Source: a virus
Length of the DNA stretch: 64,000 nucleotides
Virus record (IMG/VR): IMGVR_UViG_3300005099_000066
Coordinates: 12,949-76,948 of that record
Direction: 5' to 3' (one strand)
Below the pieces are notes generated by a model that did not search any database, had not been told where the DNA came from, and saw only the letters and a list, made by a program, of their open reading frames with translations. How positions within the stretch are numbered: position 1 is the stretch's first letter; every line of letters starts with the position of its first letter. Below are positions 1 through 10,128 of the stretch, in pieces. The translations under genes and the position numbers were made by a program.

Positions 1-1385
1 TATGCTTCTGTCCATGATTTTATCGTATATCTTTGAACACCTACACCAGGAACATAAACTGCTACTTTTACATAAATAGCAGAACCACTATCATAAACAT
101 ACCAAATAGCCTCACCTGAAGCAGGTGTAGGTTCCGAAGTCTGAATAGATTCCAAAAAATACTTTCCTGTTAAATAATGCGTTGTTTTTCCACCAACAGC
201 AGAACTGCTTACTACTTTTGTTCCACCTCTGTATATATCACCTGTTACAACATTTATACCTGAAGTTCCTATTCTTATTAAATCTCCCCATGTTACATTA
301 TTTCCAGCAGTCGGAGTGTCATCAGTTCCATAACTAATCCTAAATAAATACCAGTTTTCACCCGAATATGGGTCAATAGCAATTTTTACAGCTGTTTCAT
401 CACTTACCAAATATGTTCCAGGATTTCCATAAGAAGCATTCCATTTTAAAACAAATCTTCCAGTTCCATCTTGAGCTGTTAAAATAGCACTTGAAGTAAC
501 ACCCCTTAATTCAACACCTTTTAATAAATTACTATCCCTACCAGAAACTGATAAAGAATCCGTTAAGACAATTTTTTCAGAACTGCGTATATCACCATCC
601 ACATCCAGTGTATATGAAATAAGAGTATCACTCCCTACATTTATTCCAACTCTATTATTATCTACATCTACTATAAGTGCAGTATCATTTATAGCAAAAG
701 AACCCTGATGTGATACACTTTCAGCTACAGTAAAATCATTAGAACCATGTATATACATTCCAGCTTCACTCACATGTATCCCATCCCAGTAATATGTAGA
801 TGTCCCCAGAGAATAAGTTTCAGCCATGTCAGGTCTTATATCTGCTTTTGCTATTAACTCCACATCTGTATAAACCTTGGAATTTGCTCTGTCTATTGTT
901 ATGAAATTTGAATTAGAATCATAATCCCTTATATAGAATTTGTCATCTGTAGAATAGTAAAACAATTTGATTCCCGCATCTGTGCTCTTTTTAGTATAAC
1001 AAAAGGCTATTCCATTATAACCAGCACCTTTTATTTTGATTGCTCCATCAGTATAATCCCCAGTTGCTGTTATACTTATTACAGGTAAAGTGCCTGACAT
1101 ACTTATAAAACCTGATAAATAAATATTAGCAAATTTATGTGTAGAATCACCTATTGTAAGAGATGTGTTTTGAGGAATTATACTTCTGTAAATATCAATC
1201 TCAGATGAAGAAAGAACAGCAATATTACTTCCAGAGATATTCAGCTCTATATTTCCACCTATAACATTATTTACAATAAATTTGTTAGCAGTATATTCAG
1301 TGTATAATTTGGCTATAAGAGAATTATCTTCATCAAAGAAGTGTAGTTCTTTTCCATCTGTAAGTAGAAGAGGTTTTTGAGCCAT
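1..1385 (-). CDS. Virion fibre protein (~461 aa, runs to the window edge)
   Basis: Not in ORF track. ATG at 1385 after AGGAG; begins MAQKPLLLTDGKELHFFDEDN and ends ...QRYTIKSWTEA+TA at base 1. Fibre-like motifs (IGDSTHKFANIYL, RVGINVG...TLDVDGDI); N-terminus paralogous to 1403..2878. Confidence 0.7.
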   Translation of the reverse strand, partial: MAQKPLLLTDGKELHFFDEDNSLIAKLYTEYTANKFIVNNVIGGNIELNISGSNIAVLSSSEIDIYRSIIPQNTSLTIGDSTHKFANIYLSGFISMSGTLPVISITATGDYTDGAIKIKGAGYNGIAFCYTKKSTDAGIKLFYYSTDDKFYIRDYDSNSNFITIDRANSKVYTDVELIAKADIRPDMAETYSLGTSTYYWDGIHVSEAGMYIHGSNDFTVAESVSHQGSFAINDTALIVDVDNNRVGINVGSDTLISYTLDVDGDIRSSEKIVLTDSLSVSGRDSNLLKGVELRGVTSSAILTAQDGTGRFVLKWNASYGNPGTYLVSDETAVKIAIDPYSGENWYLFRISYGTDDTPTAGNNVTWGDLIRIGTSGINVVTGDIYRGGTKVVSSSAVGGKTTHYLTGKYFLESIQTSEPTPASGEAIWYVYDSGSAIYVKVAVYVPGVGVQRYTIKSWTEA

Positions 1386-1402
1386 ACTTTACTCAATCTC
1401 CT

Positions 1403-2878
1403 TTAGTTCTGGCTAAACTTAACAACTGTTATTCTTGCTCCACTTGGTAAGTCATAATTGAATGATATATATGGAGAACCCTGTTCTTGATAATCTTCAG
1501 TTGAACCAGGAGTTTGAAATACACCATTAACAAATACTAATATTCTACCAGACTCATAAGAGCCAATGTCTATATTTGTGCCAGCTGTTGTGTCACTTGA
1601 CAAATCAACATATGATGTAGAAACTGTATTTGATAAAAATTGTCCAGATTTAATATACAGCTGATTACTTCCATTTTCTCCTATTGTTGTATCATCTATT
1701 TTAACAGCAACACCATTAGCACTAACATTAATAACCTTTGCTAAATTTGTTCCACCAGTAGTATCTGCTACAACAGAAAGAGCAGTTCCTCCACCTCCTG
1801 TTAATCCATTCCCAGCTACAGAAGTTGCCAAATGAGATTCTGTTATTCCACCAGATTTGACTTGAATTGTTCCAGAGGAATTTTCAATTGAAGAATCATC
1901 CACATTAACTTCTGCATAAATAGCAGGTGTATTATCATTATATGTAAACAGGACTGAATGCCCTGAATTTGTTAGAATATTTCCAACTGCGTCCTGTGCT
2001 TTTTCGTCTGTGTAATATAAATGTGTGCTACCTTCTGCTAAATCATCAGTCGTAAATCCACTTAAAGATTTTAAGTATAAGTAATGGTTTGTAGTATCAA
2101 CATCAATATTTGTTCCATCAACTTTATCAGATAAATAACCTGCAGTAGGGTCAGATGAATCCGCTTTCACATACTGGTCTGTTCCAGCTATTTGCTGAAA
2201 TTCTAAACCAGTTTCCCCTGCATTTACAATAATAGCATATCCTCCATAGCCTGTGTATGAAGAAGGAGTATCATTTAAATTCAAAAATGATTTGGCATTC
2301 CAATATGTATCAAAATTTCCAGCATGTATAATCTCCCTTGCTGTTCCACCAGAATCCGTAAGAACCCATTTATCATTAGTCTCATCCCAGTATAACTGCA
2401 TATCAGTTGAGTCTCCTCTCTCAACAATAATACCAGAATCCTCGGAGGGAGTGCCTGTAAATCCACTATTCAGATGAATCCATCTGTCCTCAACATGCAA
2501 TTCTGTTACTGTTTCCTTATTTATTGAGCCTCCAATTGTAAAATCACCTGATACATATAAATTGCCTGTAATTGAAGCTCCACCTGAACTTACTGTTAAT
2601 GCTCCATTGAAAGTAGCAGCACCTGCCTGTATATTTACCCAGGAAGAGTCTGTATCATCTCTTATATATAAAACTCCAGATGAATTTTTAAGCAAAATAG
2701 CAGAATTTATTTCAACTGAAGAAACGAGTATTTTAGTAGAAGAAGCATCAAATGTTGTTGTTGTTTCTAATACTACAGTTCCAGAAGAGCCTCCGTAGAG
2801 GCTTCCAACAAGAGTATTAGAATCATTATAAATATCCAGATGTTTTCCATCTGTTAAGAGCAGATTTTTCTGAGCCAT
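1403..2878 (-). CDS. Virion fibre / structural protein
   Basis: G/S/T/D-rich, with fibre motifs (TTDDLAEGSTHLYYTDEKAQDAVG, VAGNGLTGGG, ERGDSTD...WDETNDKW) and a C-terminal FVNGVFQ...YDLPSGA module. Confidence 0.7.
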   Translation of the reverse strand: MAQKNLLLTDGKHLDIYNDSNTLVGSLYGGSSGTVVLETTTTFDASSTKILVSSVEINSAILLKNSSGVLYIRDDTDSSWVNIQAGAATFNGALTVSSGGASITGNLYVSGDFTIGGSINKETVTELHVEDRWIHLNSGFTGTPSEDSGIIVERGDSTDMQLYWDETNDKWVLTDSGGTAREIIHAGNFDTYWNAKSFLNLNDTPSSYTGYGGYAIIVNAGETGLEFQQIAGTDQYVKADSSDPTAGYLSDKVDGTNIDVDTTNHYLYLKSLSGFTTDDLAEGSTHLYYTDEKAQDAVGNILTNSGHSVLFTYNDNTPAIYAEVNVDDSSIENSSGTIQVKSGGITESHLATSVAGNGLTGGGGTALSVVADTTGGTNLAKVINVSANGVAVKIDDTTIGENGSNQLYIKSGQFLSNTVSTSYVDLSSDTTAGTNIDIGSYESGRILVFVNGVFQTPGSTEDYQEQGSPYISFNYDLPSGARITVVKFSQN

Positions 2879-2894
2879 AAATCAGTGCCTCCTT

Positions 2895-3512
2895 TTATGT
2901 GAATATTACAAAATCAATTATTGCTCCAGAAGGTAAATCATATGTGAATGAAATAGATGTTGAAGAATCTTCAGTATATTCTTCATTTTTTGTTTGTAAA
3001 ACTCCATTTACATAAACCATCAAATTATTCTCTCCAACTGAATATGACCTTCCATTTGGTATTGTAATAGATGTTCCAGCTGTAATATCTGATGGTGCTG
3101 TATAAGTTTCTCTGTATATTGTAAGTGATACAGAAGTTCCACCATTTCCTCCTTCTCCAAGACAAAAGACATCATTTAAAGCTGTATTTATTTTTTCCCA
3201 TGATTTATCCAGGAGTGGTTTAACAACAGCTTCAATAATAGATTTGAGTAAGACTTCACGCAGTGATTTAAGTATAGAAACAAATGGTTCCTGCTTAAGA
3301 TTGATTTGTTGAATAATTGATAGAATCTGTTGTTCTGTATTTGAATCCAGTTCATGTTCAGATATATACTTCTGTAAATAGGATTTGAGATTTTCTGGAT
3401 AGTATTCATCAAATAAATCAGGGTATTGAGAAATAATGTAATCATAAATATTGTCGACAATGCTGGAAATGTCAAGTCGTATTGGGCAATTGTATGTGTT
3501 TTCATTTAACAC
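2895..3512 (-). CDS. Putative virion protein with C-terminal beta module
   Basis: C-terminal VYVNGVLQ...ISFTYDLPSGA shared with the 491-aa fibre protein; helical N-terminus. Confidence 0.55.
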   Translation of the reverse strand: MLNENTYNCPIRLDISSIVDNIYDYIISQYPDLFDEYYPENLKSYLQKYISEHELDSNTEQQILSIIQQINLKQEPFVSILKSLREVLLKSIIEAVVKPLLDKSWEKINTALNDVFCLGEGGNGGTSVSLTIYRETYTAPSDITAGTSITIPNGRSYSVGENNLMVYVNGVLQTKNEEYTEDSSTSISFTYDLPSGAIIDFVIFT

Positions 3513-3524
3513 ATCCTACCTTCC

Positions 3525-4877
3525 CTATTTGGTTTTATCAAACACAGTCAGAAATCTTGGAGAGGACATATAGCCAAACGAATGTAGAGTAATAGCATCT
3601 GAGTAGATTCTGTAGCCTATATCAGTTCTAAAATAACCATCGGGTATATGTATATGATTTAACAGATTTTTATATGCCTGTAAAATAGCAGGCTCAAGTT
3701 TTGGATGTTTTCCTACAGACACAATAGCTCTTCCATGTGAAGGAACAATTCTGTAAACTCCATCTTCATCTTTGTAAATTCCAGCTGGAATATGTTTGTT
3801 AATAAAATCTGGCTTGTCAAGATAAACAGGACTGTTAGCAGATTCTTCTAAAACACAAGCAAATGGATAACCTTTAGCATTGTAAGCAACTCCAACTAAC
3901 CAATCTGAATCAATATCTACTTTTTTCATTAAGCCTTTTGGAATATCATGAAATATCTTTCCGAGGGGAGTTCTTATAGCTGGCAACATTATTAAAATAT
4001 GTGGATAACCAAATCTTGCTGTATATTCAAGAAAATAAGGTTTGCCATCTTCATATGATACAATCGCATTTATGTCTATATAATTTACACCATAGTATTT
4101 TGAATACCATCTTTCTCTTCCCTTATCACCAAACATTAATTGAAATAATTTGTCTGAATCATCATATCCATTATTGTTGAATATTACTGTTCCCATCTCA
4201 CCTGTCATTGGTCCTATTTCTCCTGGGAACAATCTTTTGTGCTCAAAATTCATATTCCATGGGAATACATATCCATTTGGAGAAACAAATAAGCCAATAG
4301 CTACTTCAACACCTTCTATATATTCTGTAATTACAAGTTCTGTTGAATCATCTACACCTTTCTCAATTAAACCTTTCAAGTGGTCTATGGCATCATCTTT
4401 TCCAAATGCAACATATGTTTTAATAGAAGAATCTCCTACTTTGTTGACTTTAATTACAGGTCTGGAGAATTCTCCTGATTTTATATCACTAATTGCCTCT
4501 TTTATAGAAGAGTAAATTTTTGATTTGGGAAAATAATCATACAGATTTTTGTCTTTAGCAAACATTCTTTCATTTTCCAGCCTTTCACCTATTGAACTTG
4601 TTCCCCAGACTGTTTTTCCTTCTTTTCTCAGTTTATCAACTGTTTGTCCCCATCCCATATCAGGAAATACAATAACATCAACTTTGTCTATATATGGTTC
4701 CCAGTTGTCTATTCTTTTTACACCAAAGTCTTCCAAAATCCCTTTTCCATACAATAAGTCTGCCTGTTCAGGATGTGCTCTTTGCCAAACTGTGTAGTAG
4801 TAAACCTCTTCACCTTCATTTGCAAGTCTAATAGCAATTGCTTCAGATAAACCTGTGTCAACTATAAGATATTTCAT
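3525..4877 (-). CDS. PurD-like (GAR synthetase family) ATP-grasp ligase 1
   Basis: EHKRLFPGEIGPMTGEMG (cf. PurD DHKR..GPNTGGMG), EYTARFGYP (cf. EFNxRFGDP), LENERMFAK, FRTDIG. Start reassigned to ATG 4877 after AGGAGG. Confidence 0.85.
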   Translation of the reverse strand: MKYLIVDTGLSEAIAIRLANEGEEVYYYTVWQRAHPEQADLLYGKGILEDFGVKRIDNWEPYIDKVDVIVFPDMGWGQTVDKLRKEGKTVWGTSSIGERLENERMFAKDKNLYDYFPKSKIYSSIKEAISDIKSGEFSRPVIKVNKVGDSSIKTYVAFGKDDAIDHLKGLIEKGVDDSTELVITEYIEGVEVAIGLFVSPNGYVFPWNMNFEHKRLFPGEIGPMTGEMGTVIFNNNGYDDSDKLFQLMFGDKGRERWYSKYYGVNYIDINAIVSYEDGKPYFLEYTARFGYPHILIMLPAIRTPLGKIFHDIPKGLMKKVDIDSDWLVGVAYNAKGYPFACVLEESANSPVYLDKPDFINKHIPAGIYKDEDGVYRIVPSHGRAIVSVGKHPKLEPAILQAYKNLLNHIHIPDGYFRTDIGYRIYSDAITLHSFGYMSSPRFLTVFDKTK

Positions 4878-4879
4878 TA

Positions 4880-5224
4880 TTAGTCCTCCTGGAATTCTAC
4901 ATTTATATAGTTGAGCCAATCTGTAGGGAATGTTTTCATAAGATAATCCTGTATTGTTTGTCTTATAAATTCACTTATTTTTCTCCTTCTTATGTAAATG
5001 TCTATATAGGAATCTTCATTCATTTTGTCAACACGAGGTTCTACAACTATACATGATTCACTTCCAACTTGTTCCTCTGCAAATGTTACAAAATCCTTCA
5101 GAAGTGCAATAAATACATCTTTGTCAACATTTATGCTATTTACAAAGTTTTCGAAGTCATCTTTATTACTCACAATTACAGTTGTTTTATCTGTCAAAAA
5201 TGAAACAAATGTTCCGTAATCCAT
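4880..5224 (-). CDS. Hypothetical protein between the two ATP-grasp genes
   Basis: 114-aa ORF with GGAGG RBS, tightly packed. Confidence 0.6.
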   Translation of the reverse strand: MDYGTFVSFLTDKTTVIVSNKDDFENFVNSINVDKDVFIALLKDFVTFAEEQVGSESCIVVEPRVDKMNEDSYIDIYIRRRKISEFIRQTIQDYLMKTFPTDWLNYINVEFQED

Positions 5225-5234
5225 GTTCCACCTC

Positions 5235-6476
5235 CTAATACAAAATTCCTTCAGTTTGAGAAATCCATTGTTTTATTGTGCTAATTAAATCCTTATCATA
5301 AAACTTACCCTCAAAGTCTATCCAGTTGTTTGCTATGTCCAGAATTTTCTTCCAGGCATTGTCAACTGTTTTGTCATTTACCATGATTAAGCCAACTAAA
5401 TCATCTCCTGGAATGAAATAATAATTATTCTTTACTTTAGCAACTCTTCTAAATTCCCATTCTCTTAAACACTCCATATCTGGATTATCAAACATCTTTC
5501 CAGTTATTTTTAACCATTCGTCAGTATTTTTAGTAGCCAAATACAAACCAACAAGCCAATTACCATTTACATTCCAGGGCACAGATTTTGCCTTTCCTGT
5601 TGCAATATGATATAGAAAGTCTGTATAATTTTTCAGGTATTTAGTCCAGAATAAAGACAATGACTGAGCAAATCTGGAAGTAATATCAGTAACATATAGA
5701 TTTTTATTTTTATCCATAAATCCTTCCAGAGAAAAGGGACCAGTGTAATTTGATGCTTCCTTTTGACTAAATATCTTTTCTAATATTCCATTCCACAAAG
5801 ATTTTTCAACTATCTTTAAAATATAGCCTGTTCCAGTAGCAAGTCCTACAGTGTATGGTTTTAGAATTTTGCCTTTGGATACCCAGACATCACATCCCAC
5901 TTCAATCATATTTCTCATGTTTCTTTGTATTATTATAGGAGAAGTCTCGGAGAAGGGACCAATTGCACTTCTTAATTCTTCCAGCTTTGTTTTAGTATTA
6001 CTATCATCTTTGGCATACCATGTGTCAATATTACCTCTAAAAATAGAATCAACTTTTACCCAACAATCGTAATTGTATTGTTTAATTAAAACATAGGCTT
6101 CATCTACACCTTTAGCAATTTTGTATTCAGGAACTTTAACACCTATCTTATCAAGAAATTTGTAGCCTCTTGATTTGGAAATTTCATACTGTTCTAATTC
6201 TGCTCCAGACACGACATAATTTTTCTCAGATTTTAAGTAATTCACAAAATGCCCCATTCCAACATCAACAAATACAAGCAAATCGTAATTGTCTAACTCT
6301 CCAAAATCATATATTCTTCTGAATGAATCAAAACCCATACCTATTGCATATTCTTCCAGTCTTGGAAAGCCTTTTGAAATAGGAGTAAATAAATACACAT
6401 CATGCCCATCAAAAGCCATTCTTGTGGCTTGTCCAAGTCCTGCAAATCCCTCTGTATCAACTACTAATATTTTCAT
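5235..6476 (-). CDS. Divergent PurD-like ATP-grasp ligase 2
   Basis: N-terminus parallels ligase 1 (MKILVVDT vs MKYLIVDT; LVFVDVGMG vs IVFPDMGWG); IGVKVPEY, WVKVD, IEVGCD, YTGPFSLE, VTDITSRF fit an ATP-grasp fold. Confidence 0.7.
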   Translation of the reverse strand: MKILVVDTEGFAGLGQATRMAFDGHDVYLFTPISKGFPRLEEYAIGMGFDSFRRIYDFGELDNYDLLVFVDVGMGHFVNYLKSEKNYVVSGAELEQYEISKSRGYKFLDKIGVKVPEYKIAKGVDEAYVLIKQYNYDCWVKVDSIFRGNIDTWYAKDDSNTKTKLEELRSAIGPFSETSPIIIQRNMRNMIEVGCDVWVSKGKILKPYTVGLATGTGYILKIVEKSLWNGILEKIFSQKEASNYTGPFSLEGFMDKNKNLYVTDITSRFAQSLSLFWTKYLKNYTDFLYHIATGKAKSVPWNVNGNWLVGLYLATKNTDEWLKITGKMFDNPDMECLREWEFRRVAKVKNNYYFIPGDDLVGLIMVNDKTVDNAWKKILDIANNWIDFEGKFYDKDLISTIKQWISQTEGILY

Positions 6477-7396
6477 TCTATTAAATCTATTGCGTTATTA
6501 TAGTAGAACTCTATAAGATTATCAATTTCATCTATAACAGCATCAAAGAATTTTCTTTCTTCTTCAAATAATTTGATATTATATCTGGAAGCAACTATAT
6601 CCACATTTCCCTTTCTCCAAAATCCGTCAGGACAATAAACTAAAACATTTTTATCTCTGAATAAACCAAGTTCAAGAAGTGTTATAGGGGATTTTGTTCC
6701 AGGCACAAAGTAATAAATATTTATATCAGTTAATTCCTGACTCATCAATTCCCATTCAACTTGTTCTCTAAAATATGGATTATTTATGCTTTGTTCCCAC
6801 GAAGAATCCCAGTCATCTCTGCGAGGATTTACTATGAAGACAATATATGATAATTCGTTGTCTTTTGCATAATTTTTCAAGTAGGAATATATATGGTTTG
6901 TTAACCTTTTTTGCCAATTTTCAGCTGTTCCCATCTCAATAGAACCACCCAGAAATATTGAAACTGGAAATTCTCCTATATCAAGAAAGTAATTATACAA
7001 AGGTTTCCATTCAGTAGGAGCTTTTATTTCATACAACAGAATCTTTGTTGTTTCATTAACCAATTTTATTTCATTATCATTCAATTCAGAATCTTCTTCG
7101 AAATTTTTTAACAGAGTATCAAGAAAAAGCTGTTTTTCTGTTTTGGATAGAGATTTGAGATATTTTGTTTTGAATTTATTAAATGTGTTTTTATTCATAA
7201 GAATTTTTTCAATAGCAATATCTTTGAAAATCAGAGTGTCCTTTAAATAATCTGGAAGAAACAGTTTTTCTGCTGCTTCATTTGATTTTTCCAAAAAAGC
7301 CATAAGAAGATTGTAAATTTCTTTTTCAGAAGAAGGTGTTTCAGGGAAAGTAATTTTGAAAATCGAAGGCTGTTCTGTTGGCTTAAATTCCCACAT
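6473..7396 (-). CDS. Nucleoside 2-deoxyribosyltransferase-like (nucleotide N-glycosidase) domain protein with ~140-aa N-terminal extension
   Basis: IFLGGSI..W, NPRRDDWDSSW, QVEWEL, SPITLLELGL, GNVDIV motifs typical of the NDT-like family. Confidence 0.85.
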   Translation of the reverse strand: MWEFKPTEQPSIFKITFPETPSSEKEIYNLLMAFLEKSNEAAEKLFLPDYLKDTLIFKDIAIEKILMNKNTFNKFKTKYLKSLSKTEKQLFLDTLLKNFEEDSELNDNEIKLVNETTKILLYEIKAPTEWKPLYNYFLDIGEFPVSIFLGGSIEMGTAENWQKRLTNHIYSYLKNYAKDNELSYIVFIVNPRRDDWDSSWEQSINNPYFREQVEWELMSQELTDINIYYFVPGTKSPITLLELGLFRDKNVLVYCPDGFWRKGNVDIVASRYNIKLFEEERKFFDAVIDEIDNLIEFYYNNAIDLIE

Positions 7397-7406
7397 AATA
7401 GTCTCC

Positions 7407-7778
7407 TTACAGTTTTACAAAGTTGTAAAAATCTTCAATTTTATTCAAAACAAATTTCCTTATCTTTCTTTGTCTCATAAGTTTTACTCTTTCTTCAGGA
7501 AAATTCCAGGAATACTCTAATTCAGCCAATTCGTAATATCTCTCAGCTTCTTCAGCAATCACATATTTTAATTCTTCCAAAAAGCTTTCTGTATCACCTT
7601 TCACATCTGCCTTTACTATAAATGCTTCTTCAGTTAAATCATAATCATATTCAGCAATTTCGAAATCATACTCATCGGAATATTCCATAAATTCCTCGAA
7701 TAACAACTCAAGTGAACCCAAAAGCCATTTCCAGAATGGTCTATCAAGATTCGAAACAGGAATTTTTACCTCAATCAT
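7407..7778 (-). CDS. Hypothetical acidic protein
   Basis: 123-aa ORF, coupled to neighbours. Confidence 0.55.
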   Translation of the reverse strand: MIEVKIPVSNLDRPFWKWLLGSLELLFEEFMEYSDEYDFEIAEYDYDLTEEAFIVKADVKGDTESFLEELKYVIAEEAERYYELAELEYSWNFPEERVKLMRQRKIRKFVLNKIEDFYNFVKL

Positions 7779-8107
7779 GATACCTTTGGTGGATTTACTA
7801 TTTTGCTTTGGTCTGGAATTTCGAGTCCAGTTGTTCTTCTTATATACTCTGCCACAGATTGTTTATTTGGTCTAAACCAGCCAATTACTCCTTTCAAGTA
7901 AAGCAATTCATTTTCCTCTATTGGTAAGTTTATTAGTAATAACAGTATCAAACCTTTATCACTGCCAGGAGGCATGTGAGCTTGAACTAACATAGGCTTT
8001 TCTACTATTACTGTCCCATCAACTTGCGTGCCTTTGTAGTAACCCATTACCCATCCAGCATGTGTTATAAATACTACTAATTCATTTATATCAGGCATTG
8101 TTTGCAT
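7775..8107 (-). CDS. Hypothetical protein (possible Sm-like beta-barrel)
   Basis: 110 aa with AGGAGG RBS; beta pattern then EYIRRTTGLEIP tail. Confidence 0.5.
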   Translation of the reverse strand: MQTMPDINELVVFITHAGWVMGYYKGTQVDGTVIVEKPMLVQAHMPPGSDKGLILLLLINLPIEENELLYLKGVIGWFRPNKQSVAEYIRRTTGLEIPDQSKIVNPPKVS

Positions 8108-8117
8108 AATAACCTCC

Positions 8118-9977
8118 TTATTTGTCTAATTCTCTTATTCGAGAAGGAATATTCACTCCTTCTCTTCCTCCTCCAATAATTTTTGTCCCTCCAAGGGGAT
8201 TTGATGGGGGAACTAACTGTCTGAGGGGAGATTCCACTCTCGCAGTTGAAACTGTTGAAGCCTTTCCAACTGCGAGTTTTCTTGCTTCTGCTTCAGATAA
8301 AGTTATTGAATCAGTTTTAGAGTCTATATGAAACAGTTTATTAAACCAAAAGACCAAACCAACTATTGAATCAGCAATATCCTGATATCCCGTTATTACT
8401 CTGGGCTTTGAAGAGCCTGATGGAGGCTGGAGGTTTTTAAATTGTGAAATTGCCAAATATGATTCTTCCTGGTTTGGAAATATTATTGCTGGAGGATTAG
8501 AATAAAACAGATTTTTTGCACTGATATAATCTTGCTGATTTACAGGTTTATCATCCCATTCTTTAGCAAGATGTTTAAAAGCAGCAGTGTTCCATTTGTC
8601 TGACTTTATTTTTGTAATATTCAAATACTTTGCAAGTCTACCTATTACATCATAATAATTCCATAAATCTACTGATACATTCTTTTGTTTATCTGTTTGC
8701 CAGACTAAAATTGCATCAACTATTAAGAGTGGAGTTCCTCTTTGTATTAAGCCATGTCCTATTGCAACTGCTGCCATACAGTCAACTTCTCCTGGGTCTA
8801 TACCCATAAAGTATTCGTATGGCTCTGGTTTTCTTGTAAATCTTAAGGTATCAGGTTTGTAAACAAATTTGTTTCCATTAGCAGTTTTTATAATTTCACT
8901 TTCGGCAATTACAAGAGGCAATCTGTTTTTATCAACAAAAACATCCTCATCCAAAACTTGTAAAACAGGCATCCATCTTTCTACAGAATATCCTACTGGA
9001 AGGGCAAGATATTTAGCTACAGCTGAATTAAAATCTCTGTCAAATTGAGTTTTGAAATCCATGGGGACATCAACTTCTAAATCAAATTCTTTCACATAAA
9101 TTCTAAAAGTTTCTTTGCTAAAGAATTTCTTTGGTTTGACTTGCCATGTAAAATAGTGAGAAGTATAGGCATTATCATATTTTCCATTTTTGACTTCTTC
9201 ATGTAAAATATATGTAAAATCATTCTTTTTATCGAGTCTGGGGAATGATGTTACAAGTCCCAGGTATGGAAGCTCTCTTGTTGAAGTTGTAGCTGTATTA
9301 AAAATCTTTTCAGCATTATGGATTCCAGATTGTGAAACATGTCCAGAAGCTTCATCCATAACAAAAGCAATAAGAGTCAAACCTTCCCATGATTCATTTT
9401 TGGAGGGAACTGATATGAATTCTACATTTATTGAACTGAATTTTATTGTATTTCCAGCTATATGAATTTTTGGCAATGACCTATCACATATATGTGAATT
9501 AACTATTTTTCCATGTTCCTCAATAGGATATTTGTTGAAAAATTTTGAATTCTTTATTCTGGCCTTTACTCTGTCAAACATTTTCTGGGACTGATTCTGG
9601 TTAGTTGCGACAGTTATAATTGATATAGCATCTGCTTTTGATACTCCAAAGAAATCATGAGGGTTTGGTTCAAGAAAGTGTAGAAGATAAATAACATAAG
9701 TAATTATGTTAGCAGAAACAAGTCCCTTTCCACTTCCCTTTCCCCAAAGAAGAACAGATAAATTTGGTCTTGTTTCAGGTGTAAAAAATAAGACAGGATC
9801 CCCTTTCACTCCACCTTCTCCAATAATAGCAAGAGATTCTCTGGTTTGGACTTCAGATAATTTTACCTCATTTAAATCATTATACAAAAATTCAAGAAAT
9901 GGAAGAACATTGTGTGTTGGCTTTTTGACTTCAGATTTATTCTCACTTATTAGTATTTTTCTCCAATCAGAACTCAT
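8118..9977 (-). CDS. terL: Terminase large subunit
   Basis: Walker A WGKGSGKG, Walker B AFVMDEA, coupling motif TSFP, nuclease MGIDPG and DIADS. Confidence 0.85.
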   Translation of the reverse strand: MSSDWRKILISENKSEVKKPTHNVLPFLEFLYNDLNEVKLSEVQTRESLAIIGEGGVKGDPVLFFTPETRPNLSVLLWGKGSGKGLVSANIITYVIYLLHFLEPNPHDFFGVSKADAISIITVATNQNQSQKMFDRVKARIKNSKFFNKYPIEEHGKIVNSHICDRSLPKIHIAGNTIKFSSINVEFISVPSKNESWEGLTLIAFVMDEASGHVSQSGIHNAEKIFNTATTSTRELPYLGLVTSFPRLDKKNDFTYILHEEVKNGKYDNAYTSHYFTWQVKPKKFFSKETFRIYVKEFDLEVDVPMDFKTQFDRDFNSAVAKYLALPVGYSVERWMPVLQVLDEDVFVDKNRLPLVIAESEIIKTANGNKFVYKPDTLRFTRKPEPYEYFMGIDPGEVDCMAAVAIGHGLIQRGTPLLIVDAILVWQTDKQKNVSVDLWNYYDVIGRLAKYLNITKIKSDKWNTAAFKHLAKEWDDKPVNQQDYISAKNLFYSNPPAIIFPNQEESYLAISQFKNLQPPSGSSKPRVITGYQDIADSIVGLVFWFNKLFHIDSKTDSITLSEAEARKLAVGKASTVSTARVESPLRQLVPPSNPLGGTKIIGGGREGVNIPSRIRELDK

Positions 9978-10128
9978 TCAAAATCTCCTTTTTCAGCTTA
10001 TCCTTTTCTCTCTTTCTGTTGTATTGCTTCTTTTTGTTTGGTATGATTTTTGTTGGTGGAGGAACTTTCTTTCTTATTGATTTGATAATTTCCAAACCAG
10101 AAATTTTACTTTTCCTTTTCATTTTCAT
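9967..10128 (-). CDS. Small basic hypothetical protein
   Basis: Lys-rich ~53 aa (IRKKVPPPTKIIPNKKKQYNRK) overlapping primase end and terL start. Confidence 0.5.
   Translation of the reverse strand: MKMKRKSKISGLEIIKSIRKKVPPPTKIIPNKKKQYNRKREKDKLKKEILNEF

Noticed and set aside
3525-4877. Assigning the symbol purD as an auxiliary purine gene
   Set aside because: Altered active-site motif, a divergent paralog, late-operon location and no other pur genes.
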